This document shows positions 27,399-37,600 of a stretch of DNA of 64,000 nucleotides, in pieces. A program made the translations under genes and the position numbers. Numbering within the stretch: position 1 is the first letter of the stretch; every line of letters starts with the position of its first letter. Origin of the DNA: an uncultured Clostridia bacterium (GTDB lineage: Bacteria > Bacillota > Clostridia > Christensenellales > Pumilibacteraceae); the NCBI GenBank assembly GCA_947066105.1, contig CAMSYM010000008.1, positions 26,695-90,694 on the forward strand. The letters run 5' to 3'. The notes below the pieces were generated by a model that saw only the letters and a list, made by a program, of their open reading frames with translations, had not been told where the DNA came from and made no database searches.

Positions 27399-28901
27399 AT
27401 GGATAGATTTAACGAGATATTATCGATAATCAACGATCAGGTCTTATTGACTATAATCGGAATAGCGTTCGGGATACAGTTGATTTACATATTGCTGTTT
27501 TTTATTCCCGCCAAAAAATATCCCCAAGCCAAAACCAAGCACAAGTTCGGCATAGTAATACCCGCGCGCAACGAAGCGGACGTTATCGCCGATACTGTCA
27601 AGTGCCTGCTCGCGAGCGATTATCCGCGCGAGCTGTTCGACGTGTACGTCGTTGCGGATAACTGTACCGACAATACGGCGGAGCTTGCTCGCAAAGCCGG
27701 TGCGGTCGTCTACGAACGTTCCGACCCCGATCCCAAGCATCGTAAAGCGGGCTACGCGCTCAAATATCTGTTCGAGCGAATAATGGAAGAGCATGCGGGC
27801 GAATACGAGGCGTTTATCAAGTTCGACGCGGACAACCTTATGGAACGCGATTACATATCGCGCATGAACGACGCTTTCGATGCTGGCGTCAAGTGTGCGC
27901 GCGGTTATTCCAACTCCAAAAACATCGACCAAAACGTCGTTGCGGGCATATCCGGTCTGTGGTATATCCGCGACTGTCGGTTTGGTAGCAATTTCCGTTC
28001 GGCGATAGGTCAAGGCACCATGCTCGGCGGAGCGGGCATGATGTTCGCGGCGGAGATAATCGAAAAGCACGGTTGGGATTGTTTGACTTCGTCCGACGAC
28101 TCCGAATTTACCATGCGTCGGCTCAATCAAGACAAGATAAAAACCATGTACGTCAAGGACGCGATAGTATACGAAGATCAGCCGTCCACCATAAAAGACA
28201 CGTTCAACCGCTATAAGCGAATGGCGGGCGCGCTCAACTCGCTGTTTTATACGCAGGGCATTAAATCGTTTTTCATGTTTTTCGCGCGTTGGAAGTGGAC
28301 TTATATCGACATGTTCCTTACGCTCATGTTCATTCCCGTGTGCGTACTCATGTGCCTGTGGTTGCCGATATATTACGGGTATGTATTGATATACCACGGA
28401 CTGATGGGAAATTGGGAAATTTTCTGGACGTATTTGAACACCATTTGCTTTTCGCTGGCGTTCGCGTTCGTATTGATGTTCATATTGCAGGCGTTGCTTG
28501 CGGTCGCGCTCGAACGCAAACGGCTCAAATGCCCCGCGCGTAAAATGATGCCCGCGGTGTTTCTGTTCCCCGCGTTCATGATAATTTATGCGGCGGCTAT
28601 CACCATCGGCGTGTTCAGCAAACCCAAATGGAAGCAGATAAAACGCAATACTACCGCAAGCGCGGGCATAATGCAAGCTACGCCCGCGACGGAAACGGCG
28701 GCGACCGACGACGGCGACGATGTTAACGATACGCCCGCCGCCGACTCGCCTGATGATAATGCGGAAAGCTCTGACGACCGAACGACCGACGACGCGCGGT
28801 CGAACGGCGGCGATATCGCGCCAGACGAGCCGACCGACGACGGTGGATGCAACGATGCGATACCGTCCGACGAAAAAGAAATTGCGGACGGCGCGGAATA
28901 G
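27399..28901 (+). CDS. GT2 membrane glycosyltransferase with acidic C-terminal tail
   Basis: VIPARNEADVI, VADNCTD, KAGYAL, DAD motif, C-terminal TMs. Confidence 0.85.
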   Translation: MDRFNEILSIINDQVLLTIIGIAFGIQLIYILLFFIPAKKYPQAKTKHKFGIVIPARNEADVIADTVKCLLASDYPRELFDVYVVADNCTDNTAELARKAGAVVYERSDPDPKHRKAGYALKYLFERIMEEHAGEYEAFIKFDADNLMERDYISRMNDAFDAGVKCARGYSNSKNIDQNVVAGISGLWYIRDCRFGSNFRSAIGQGTMLGGAGMMFAAEIIEKHGWDCLTSSDDSEFTMRRLNQDKIKTMYVKDAIVYEDQPSTIKDTFNRYKRMAGALNSLFYTQGIKSFFMFFARWKWTYIDMFLTLMFIPVCVLMCLWLPIYYGYVLIYHGLMGNWEIFWTYLNTICFSLAFAFVLMFILQALLAVALERKRLKCPARKMMPAVFLFPAFMIIYAAAITIGVFSKPKWKQIKRNTTASAGIMQATPATETAATDDGDDVNDTPAADSPDDNAESSDDRTTDDARSNGGDIAPDEPTDDGGCNDAIPSDEKEIADGAE

Positions 28902-28936
28902 TAGCGGCGCGTTCGGCAAAAAATAACGGAGTAATC

Positions 28937-30040
28937 ATGAAAAAGTACGATTATTTGATAGTAGGCGCGGGATTGTTCGGCGCGACGTTTGCGCAGACGA
29001 TGACCGAGCGCGGCAAGAAATGTTTGGTCATAGACAAGCGCGAAAGCGTGGGCGGCAATATCGCGACCGAAAAGATCGCGGGCATAGACGTTCATAAATT
29101 CGGCGCGCACATATTCCACACGAGCGACAAACGCGTTTGGGATTACGTAAACAGGTTCGCCGAATTCAATAATTTCATCAACAGCCCGATAGCCAACTAT
29201 AAAGGCAAGCTTTACAGCCTGCCGTTCAACATGTATACGTTTTACCAGCTGTGGGGGACGCGCACCGCGGCGGAAGCGCGCGCGGTCATCGAATCGCAAC
29301 GCGCGGCGACGGGAATTACCGATCCCAAAAATCTCGAAGAAAAAGCGTTGATGTCGGTCGGCGAGGATGTGTATAAAATTCTGATCAAGGGCTATACCGA
29401 AAAACAGTGGGGCAGGGATTGCAAATATCTGCCGTCGTTTATTATCGGACGAGTGCCGTTGCGATTCGTATACGACAACAATTATTTCAACGACCGTTAT
29501 CAGGGCATTCCGATCGGCGGCTATACCCAAATGGTCAAGCGCATGCTCGACGGTATCGACGTCAAGCTCGGCGTCGATTACTTTTCCGACAAAGCTAAGT
29601 GGGACGAGACGGCGACAACGGTTTTGTACACGGGCGAGATAGATCGGTTTTACGATTACCGTTTGGGCGAGCTGGAATACAGGTCGTTGCGGTTTGAAAC
29701 GGAAGTACTCGATGCGGAAGATCATCAATCCAACGCGGTCGTCAATTACACTGATTTCGAAACGCCGTATACGCGCATTATCGAGCATAAGCACTTCGAC
29801 AGAACGCAAAGCTCGGACAAGACGGTCGTCACTCGCGAATATCCCGAAAGCTACGTAAAGGGGAGCGAGCCGTACTATCCCGTCAACGATCAAAAGAACA
29901 ACGCGCTGTACGCCGAGTATGCGCGGCTTGCCGAAAAAGAGAAAAACGTCATATTCGGCGGACGGCTCGCCGGCTATAAGTATTACGATATGGACGACAC
30001 CGTCGCGGCGGTGTTCGAACTTACCGATAAGCTTAAATAA
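28937..30040 (+). CDS. glf: UDP-galactopyranose mutase
   Basis: IVGAGLFG, HKFGAHIFHT, YTEKQWG, RIIEHKHF, EPYYP and GRLAGYKYYDMD motifs. Confidence 0.95.
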   Translation: MKKYDYLIVGAGLFGATFAQTMTERGKKCLVIDKRESVGGNIATEKIAGIDVHKFGAHIFHTSDKRVWDYVNRFAEFNNFINSPIANYKGKLYSLPFNMYTFYQLWGTRTAAEARAVIESQRAATGITDPKNLEEKALMSVGEDVYKILIKGYTEKQWGRDCKYLPSFIIGRVPLRFVYDNNYFNDRYQGIPIGGYTQMVKRMLDGIDVKLGVDYFSDKAKWDETATTVLYTGEIDRFYDYRLGELEYRSLRFETEVLDAEDHQSNAVVNYTDFETPYTRIIEHKHFDRTQSSDKTVVTREYPESYVKGSEPYYPVNDQKNNALYAEYARLAEKEKNVIFGGRLAGYKYYDMDDTVAAVFELTDKLK

Positions 30041-30060
30041 ATAATACAGAATATAAATTG

Positions 30061-30090
30061 AAAAAGCTCGGTTTTGCGCCGAGCTTTTTC
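30061..30090. terminator. Terminator after glf
   Basis: AAAAAGCTCGG / CCGAGCTTTTT stem. Confidence 0.75.
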
Positions 30091-30285
30091 GGTTGCCAAA
30101 TTATACGGCGGGGCATTACAGCACGGATAAGGATCGACCGTGTTTGTTTATGTGTGTAAAACATCGATAAAAAATATAAAATTCGACATAATAGATACGT
30201 GACGGAAACCATATAACCCCCGTGCATACGCTACGGAGCGACAGTAAAAACTCCGAAATAATTTCGGGAAATTTGCGAAAAGTAC

Positions 30286-30316
30286 TTGACAAATCAAAAC
30301 GGGGGGGGGGTATACT
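30286..30316 (+). promoter_or_regulatory. sigmaA promoter of GH3 cluster 1 with a G10 tract in the spacer
   Basis: TTGACA (30286-30291), AATCAAAAC + G10 (19-bp spacer), TATACT (30311-30316). Confidence 0.7.
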
Positions 30317-30456
30317 TATAAAAAATATGCTTACAGACAGTTGCGTGTCGGGGCGTGTGATGAAATTACCGATCGTCGCGATCGTTCCGTCCGTCGACCA
30401 AGGTTTATACGTGTGCATAACACGGATAGATAAATATATAAAAGGAGAAGGATGAA

Positions 30457-33400
30457 ATGAAAAAACATTCCAAGGCAGTCCGTAGAGGCGTTACCGCAGG
30501 TGCGCTCGCGGCTGCGGTAGGACTCGTCGGAGCGGCGGGAGGTATCGCGGGAGCGGGCGCAAACGGCGCGTTTGCCGCGACGGCGGAACCGCTCTACAAA
30601 TCGGCGTATTCGAGCAAGGCGGAAGCCATGCAGGCGGGACTCGATCTCAACTTGAAGATCGCCGAAGAAGGCATGGTTCTTTTAAAGAACGAAAACAAAA
30701 CGTTGCCCATTGCGTCGGGCGGCGTCAAGGGCGCGCGCGTTACCGTGTTCGGTCGTGCGGGTACTAAGCCCGCCACGGGCGGGAGCGCAAACGGCGGCGA
30801 CGCGTCCGGCGGCGTTGCGGGAGTAAGCGTCGACATTTACGACAGCTTGGCGAGCGCGGGCTACCGCGTCAACCCCGTAGTAAAAGCGCAGTACGTCGAT
30901 TGGACTTCGCAGGTGCGCGAAGTACCCGGCACGGACTGGCAGGGCAATCCCACGGTCACGCAACAGCCCGTATATCCGAGCGATGCGTCCATCGCGGCGG
31001 AAATAGAAAAATTCGGCAACGACAGTGACTGGGTCAAGTCGTTCGACAGCTACAACGACGCGGCGCTCATATTCATAAGCGGCGGGTCCAACGCGATAGG
31101 TTCGGGCGCGGGCAAACGCATACACTCGTTGCAGCTCGACGAAGAGCAGTACGAACTTGTGGAACACGTGGTCGATTCGGGTAAGTTCAAACGCATAGTA
31201 TTGCTTTTGAACACCTGCACGCCGCTCGAACTCGATCTTGCGAGATTCGACGATGTGGGCGCGATATTGCAGATAGGCGAGCCGGGCGACAACGGCTTGG
31301 GCGCGCTCGGCAAAGTACTTAACGGCACGGTGTCCCCGTCGGGACGGCTTACCGATACGTGGGCTAAGGACTTTACGAAAGACCCGTCTTATCACAACTT
31401 CAATACCCGTACCGACAACTTCGGTTGGTCGGTCGACGGCAACGGAACTTTTACCGGCTATACGCGGTATAAGGTGGACGGCAAGCTCGTCAACACGTGG
31501 TCGGTTGGATACGAGGAAGGCATCTATACGGGTTATCGCTATTACGAAACGCGCGGCGCGTCCGACGAAGCTTGGTATAACAACAACGTCAACTGGACGT
31601 TCGGCTACGGTCTTTCGTATACCGATTTTAAGTGGGAGCTTGTCGGCGAGCATATGAACACGACCGGTATCGGCGCGAACACTACGTTAACATACGATGT
31701 GAAGGTCACCAATACCGGCGATCATGCGGGTAAGGACGTTGTGGAACTTTATTACACTGCGCCGTACACCGAATTCGACAAAACCAACGGCATAGAAAAA
31801 GCGCATGTCGTTTTGGGCGATTACGCCAAGACCGATACGCTCAGACCGGGCGAAAGTCAGGTGGTCCATCTTACGCTCGATGCGAAGGATATGGCGTCCT
31901 ACGATTTTGCGGTAAATAAAACTTACGTACTCGAACAGGGCGATTACGAAGTCAAGCTCATGGAGAACGCGCATACGGCTAAGGGCGAGAACTTGTCCAA
32001 GACGTATAGCGTTGCGGACCTTGTCAAGTGCGACACCGCCGTTACGGGCAACAAGATAACCAACCAATTCGACGACGTTACCGACGGCTTTAAGTCCGAA
32101 GGCTACGTATCGCTTTCGCGCAACGACTGGGAAGGCACCATGCCGACCGAGCTTGCGACAGTCGATACCGTCGACGGCTACGCCAAGGCGAGCGTCAAGG
32201 AGATAACCGCCGAGCAATATAAAAAATGGGCGTACGACGACGCGGCGTTCAACGCCAAGTACGACGGCATAGCTACCGTCAAGCTCGGCGACGCGTCCAA
32301 GCGCACCGGCGATACGTATAAGTTCGTTCTTTCCGACCTTATCGGCGCGGATGCGGAAGACGCGCGTTATCAGGAACTCGTCGAACAGCTCACCGTCGAA
32401 GAGATGATCGATCTCGTCAACAACGGCGGATTCCAATCCAAGGCGATACCGTATATCGGCAAGCCGTTCTCGCGCGATACCGACGGGCCCAAGGGCTGGA
32501 CGGGCAACTATACCGACAGCACCGACCGCTTCAACTTCTTCGCGTCCGAACCGATGATCGCAAGCACGTACAGCAAAGACCTTGCGTACGAAATGGGCGT
32601 TATGATCGGCGAACAGGGCTTGTGGGGCAACGCCACGCAGGAAAGCGGCGTCGCGTACAACTATACCGGCTGGTACGCGCCCGGCATGAATATACACCGC
32701 GGCTACTTCGACAGCCGCTATACCGAGTATTATTCGGAAGACCCCGTGCTTACCGGCATGACGGCGGCTTCCGCGTCGCTCGGCGCTAAGTTGAAAGGTT
32801 GCTATATCACGCTCAAACACTTTGCGTTCCACCAAGACGGCGGCGGCGCGTCCACCTACCGTGCGGGCGCGATGGCGGCGGCAGGCACGCCCAACGAAGG
32901 TTTGTCGGCGTGGATGACCGAACAGACCATCCGCGAGCTTTATCTCAAAGGCTATCAGATCGCTGTCGAAAGCGGCGAAGCTACGTTCGCCATGGGTTCG
33001 TTCACGCGTATCGGCTATACCTGGTGCGGCGGCAGCTATGCGGTAAACACCGCGCTCCTGCGCGACGAGTGGGGCTTTAAAGGCGCGGTCGTGACCGACA
33101 TCGTTCTTTACAACTCGGTCAACGCGTATCAGCTCATCAAAGCGGGCGCCAACCTTATGCTCGACGCCAAGGTGTACGGCATAAACGGCGGCATTTATCT
33201 CGACAAAGCGACTATCGACGCAATGCCCGCCGCGGATAAAAACATCACGCTCCATTGCTTACAGCAGGCTACCAAGCAGGTACTGTACATGGTCGCCAAC
33301 AGCAACGCCATGCAGATCCCGACCGGCGCGAAAATAGTCTACACGGGCATGACCGAAGTAGACGGCGAAGAAGTAGAGCTCAAACTCGCGGACGCCAAGG

Positions 33401-33768
33401 TCGGCGCGGCGTATACTTCCGTCGCCGTGAACAATGCGTCGCTCAACACGTACTACGCATTCTCGGATATCCGATACTCGGTGGCGGGTCTGCCCGACGG
33501 CTTGACGTTCGACGCCGATACAGGCGTGATAAGCGGCACTCCGACCAAGGCGGGCGTCTACAACATTACCGTCACCGCCACGGCGGAAGGCTATAAGTCC
33601 GCATCGATCGATCTCGCTTTGACGGTCGGCGCGGCGGACGGCGCGATAGACGCCGCCGATAACGGCGATACCGTCGACGCGGTGGCTGTTGCCGGTCTTG
33701 TTATCGGTATAGTCGGCTTGCTCGCGGCGGGCGCGGCGATAGCGCTTGTCGTGGTCAAGAAAAAATAA
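30457..33768 (+). CDS. GH3 beta-glycosidase 1 (permuted domain order), secreted, with Ig-like domain and C-terminal TM anchor
   Basis: EEGMVLLKNE, SPSGRLTDTW, YEEGIYTGYRYYET, FGYGLSYT, DTDGP, KHF, nucleophile motif VVTD, GLPDGLTFDADTGVISGTPT. Confidence 0.9.
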   Translation: MKKHSKAVRRGVTAGALAAAVGLVGAAGGIAGAGANGAFAATAEPLYKSAYSSKAEAMQAGLDLNLKIAEEGMVLLKNENKTLPIASGGVKGARVTVFGRAGTKPATGGSANGGDASGGVAGVSVDIYDSLASAGYRVNPVVKAQYVDWTSQVREVPGTDWQGNPTVTQQPVYPSDASIAAEIEKFGNDSDWVKSFDSYNDAALIFISGGSNAIGSGAGKRIHSLQLDEEQYELVEHVVDSGKFKRIVLLLNTCTPLELDLARFDDVGAILQIGEPGDNGLGALGKVLNGTVSPSGRLTDTWAKDFTKDPSYHNFNTRTDNFGWSVDGNGTFTGYTRYKVDGKLVNTWSVGYEEGIYTGYRYYETRGASDEAWYNNNVNWTFGYGLSYTDFKWELVGEHMNTTGIGANTTLTYDVKVTNTGDHAGKDVVELYYTAPYTEFDKTNGIEKAHVVLGDYAKTDTLRPGESQVVHLTLDAKDMASYDFAVNKTYVLEQGDYEVKLMENAHTAKGENLSKTYSVADLVKCDTAVTGNKITNQFDDVTDGFKSEGYVSLSRNDWEGTMPTELATVDTVDGYAKASVKEITAEQYKKWAYDDAAFNAKYDGIATVKLGDASKRTGDTYKFVLSDLIGADAEDARYQELVEQLTVEEMIDLVNNGGFQSKAIPYIGKPFSRDTDGPKGWTGNYTDSTDRFNFFASEPMIASTYSKDLAYEMGVMIGEQGLWGNATQESGVAYNYTGWYAPGMNIHRGYFDSRYTEYYSEDPVLTGMTAASASLGAKLKGCYITLKHFAFHQDGGGASTYRAGAMAAAGTPNEGLSAWMTEQTIRELYLKGYQIAVESGEATFAMGSFTRIGYTWCGGSYAVNTALLRDEWGFKGAVVTDIVLYNSVNAYQLIKAGANLMLDAKVYGINGGIYLDKATIDAMPAADKNITLHCLQQATKQVLYMVANSNAMQIPTGAKIVYTGMTEVDGEEVELKLADAKVGAAYTSVAVNNASLNTYYAFSDIRYSVAGLPDGLTFDADTGVISGTPTKAGVYNITVTATAEGYKSASIDLALTVGAADGAIDAADNGDTVDAVAVAGLVIGIVGLLAAGAAIALVVVKKK

Positions 33769-33885
33769 CCGTTTAGAATACCGTAATAACTGTCAATAAT
33801 AAGTAGCGCGGTAAGTCGAGTGCGTTCGCCGTATGCGGGCGTACTCGGCGAACGCGTAAATACTATTAAAGAAAAGGAGACAACT

Positions 33886-34515
33886 ATGAAAAAGTTCATC
33901 AAAAAATTGCTTGCCGTAGCTTTGGCGGGTTGCATGCTGTTTTCCGTGGGCGCGCTCACGGCATGCGGCAACGGCAACGACGAGGATAACGGCGGCGACA
34001 ACGGTTCGGGAACGGAATACACGTTCGAAGCGGAGTACACCGATCTTACGGGGCTCGAAGGCATGGGACCGTCGGGCAGTCCCAAGGGGCTGGACTTGAT
34101 AAGCGAATCCAAAGAGGCGAGCAACGAGTTTTTTGTGGGAAGCTTGGGCGAAAAAAGTCCCATAACGTTCAAGATCACGTCCGACAAAGCGGTGACCGCC
34201 ACGCTTAAAGGCATATTCGGCAGTAACGCGCTTTCGCCCATAACCTGGACTCCCGATACCTTTGCGATCGAAGTCAACGGCACGGCGATAACGTACAGCG
34301 GGTTCAAGACCGAAACGTCGGTGTCGAGCACGCAAAACTTCAAGCTCCGCACGATAGGCGATATTTCGCTCAAAGCGGGCGAGAATACGATAGTGTTCAA
34401 GCCGAAGGAAAACAAATATCTCAACGGTACTACGAGCGCGCCGTCCATCGACTGCATCAAGCTTACAGCCGATGCGACGCTCACTTTCGACGCGCACGAG
34501 AGCAATCTCGATTAG
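33886..34515 (+). CDS. Lipoprotein with a single CBM6/35-like beta-sandwich domain
   Basis: Lipobox LTAC. The domain starts FEAE and ends APSIDCIKL, as in CBM6/35-like folds. Confidence 0.7.
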   Translation: MKKFIKKLLAVALAGCMLFSVGALTACGNGNDEDNGGDNGSGTEYTFEAEYTDLTGLEGMGPSGSPKGLDLISESKEASNEFFVGSLGEKSPITFKITSDKAVTATLKGIFGSNALSPITWTPDTFAIEVNGTAITYSGFKTETSVSSTQNFKLRTIGDISLKAGENTIVFKPKENKYLNGTTSAPSIDCIKLTADATLTFDAHESNLD

Positions 34516-34540
34516 TATCGATCTATTGTAATACGAAGAT

Positions 34541-34620
34541 AAACGGAAAGGCGTTGTATCGGCTTGCGTTGCGTCGTTACGCCGCTTGCGGTCGGTACGG
34601 CGCCTTTTCGTTTTATTTTT
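34541..34620 (+). terminator. Long intercistronic stem-loop (attenuator/stabiliser)
   Basis: 24-bp stem, 34541-34564 with 34590-34613, containing G-U pairs and followed by a T-rich run. Confidence 0.7.
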
Positions 34621-34659
34621 TACTTAACGGACCGAAAGCGTAACATAGGGAGCATATGT

Positions 34660-37600
34660 ATGGATCTTAAATTTATTTGGAAGCACAAAGGTACGCGCGC
34701 ATGGCTGTTGACTACCTGCATACTGTTGGTATTGGTGTTGGTCATCTCCTTCGTCATAACGCAAGTACCCATAATCAACAACTCGTTGGGACTGGTATTC
34801 GGCGGCGAGCGCGCCAATATAGTCGAAGATCGGCGCGACGAGCTTTACAACCGCGAGTACGACAACAAAAAGGACGTGCTCGCCGCGGCGAACGAGTTTG
34901 TGGAAAGCGTCGCCGAGGAAGGCATAACGTTGCTTAAAAATCAAAGCAATGCGTTGCCGCTCGGCGCGGGCGCCAAGGTCAGCGTGTTCGGCAAAAACTC
35001 GGTCGATCTCGTTTACGGCGGATCGGGTTCGGCGAGCGGCGCAACGGGCGCGGCGCGTAAAACGCTTTACGACAGTCTTAAAGCGGCGGGCATCGAATAC
35101 AACCCCGTGCTTAAAAGCTTTTACGACGACAATTCGCGGTCGGGTTCTGGCAGACCGGATAACCCGCCCATGACGAGCGGTCAGCGCTTGGCGGGCTTTG
35201 CCGTAGGCGAAACGCCTATAGCGTCGTACGAGCCGCTCGAAAATTCGTACGACGGTTATACGGACGCGGCGATCGTCGTGTTCTCGCGCATAGGCGGCGA
35301 AGGATTCGATCTGCCGCGCACCATGGCGGATGATTTCGGGTCGGATAAACCCGTGTCGGGCGCGGAGTCGGCGGACAGCCATTATCTCGAACTCGACAAA
35401 AACGAAAAAGCGTTGTTGGACCACGTCAAATCCAAGTTCGGAAAAGTGGTGGTCGTGCTCAATACGGGTACGACAATGGAACTCGGCGCGCTCGATGCCG
35501 ACCCGGATATCGACGCGGTGTTGTGGATGGGCTTGCCCGGCGCGACGGGCGTCATGGCGCTCGGCAGGATACTTACGGGCGAAGTCTATCCGTCGGGGCG
35601 CACTGTCGATACTTGGGCGGCGGATTTCACCAAAGACCCCACCTGGTACAATTCGGGCGTTTACGGCAGTAAGTACGGCAACCGCTATCTGAAACCCGAC
35701 GGCTCGACGAGCGATTTTGCTTTCGTTAATTACGAAGAAGGTATTTACGTCGGCTATCGCTATTACGAAACGCGAAGCTACGAAGAGAACAAGACCGCGC
35801 AGACCGTCGACGAGTGGTACGATGCAAACGTCGTGTATCCTTTCGGCTACGGACTGTCGTATACCGATTTCGATTGGGAAGTGTCTTTCGATAAACCGAC
35901 GGGTTCGGCAATAAATGCGGACGACGTTATCAAGGCGACGGTCAAGGTCACGAACAAGACCGAAGTCGCGGGCAAGGACGTCGTTCAGCTTTACTATACC
36001 GCGCCGTACACTGCGGGCGGCATAGAAAAATCACACGTCGTGCTCGGCGCGTTCGCAAAGACAAAGCTCATCGCGGGAGGCGGCACGGATACCGTCGAGC
36101 TGGAACTCAAAGTATCGGATATGAAGTCGTACGACTGGTCGGACGCCAACGGCAACGGGTTCAAGGGCTACGAGCTGGACGCGGGCAAATACACGGTGAC
36201 GGTCGGAACGGACGCGCATACCGCAAAGGCGAGCGCGACGTACGAGCTTAAAGACGGCGTTACGTTGCGCGAGATAGCCGATGCGGACGGAAAAGCGGTC
36301 GCGGTGCAAAACCGTTTCGACGACGTGAGCGCGGGCATATTCGGCAACGATACCGCGGCGGCGTATGTATCGCGTTCGGACTTTGACGGAACTTTGCCGC
36401 AGGCGTATTTGACGGACGGCGAGCGTACGCTCACGCAAGAGCTTTTGACCAAGCTCGAAAATTCGATCAAGCGCAAGTATACGGAATCGGACGACGGCAA
36501 AAAATGGCAGGTGACCGGCGAGTCGCCGCGCACCACGCCCGTCGATAACGGGATATCTTTTGCCGACATGCTGTATGACGACGACGGCAATTTCGTCGGT
36601 TCGGCGGACTTCGACGATCCGCGCTGGGAAAAACTGCTCGACGAGATATCGCTCGACGAAATGAAAAATCTCGTCGGATTCGGCGCGTTCCGCACCAATG
36701 CTGTGTCGGGCGTGAACGGCGTAGTGGATAAACCGTTGACCAACGACAGCGACGGTCCGAGCGGGTTCACGAGCTTTATTTCGGGCGCGACCATATACGA
36801 CACCTGCTCGTATCAGGCGGAATGCTTGCTCGGCGCGACGTGGAACGTAGAGCTTGCTTACCGCATGGGCGAGATAGTCGGCGAGGAAGGTTTGGTTGGT
36901 AACGAAAAGGGCGACGGCATGCCGTACAGCGGCTGGTATGCGCCGGCGGTAAATATCCACCGCAGTCCGTTCGCTGGCAGGAACTGGGAATATTACAGCG
37001 AGGACGGCTTGCTTTCGGGCAAGTTCGCCGCCGAAGTCATTAAGGGCGCGCGGACAAAGGGCGTATATTGCTACGTCAAGCATTTTGCGGTAAACGATCA
37101 GGAAACCGACCGCGAGTACAACGGGATCTTGGTTTGGGCTAACGAACAGGCTATGCGCGAGATATACTTGGAGCCGTTTGAAATAGCAGTCAAGCAGGGC
37201 AAAGCCAACGCCATGATGACGTCGTTCAACCGTTTGGGCATGACGTGGGCTGGCGGCAGCTACGAGCTGCTCACCGAAACGTTGCGCGACGAATGGGGCT
37301 TTAAAGGCATGGTCATTACCGATTACAGCCTTAACCGTTATACGTACGTCGATCAGATGATACGCGCGGGCGGCGACTTGTTTTTGACTCAGGACGTAAA
37401 AACGTTCAATATGCCCGACGACGCTACGCAGGTAACGCTGTTGCGTAAGGCGACTAAAAATATTTTGTATACCGTAGCCAACAGCAATATCATGAGCATA
37501 AAGATAGACGGCTATAAGCTGGCGGTGTGGCAAGTGGTCCTTATCGTTATCGACGTAGCGGTGATAGTCGCGCTCGCCGTATGGGGAGTGCTGATAATAT

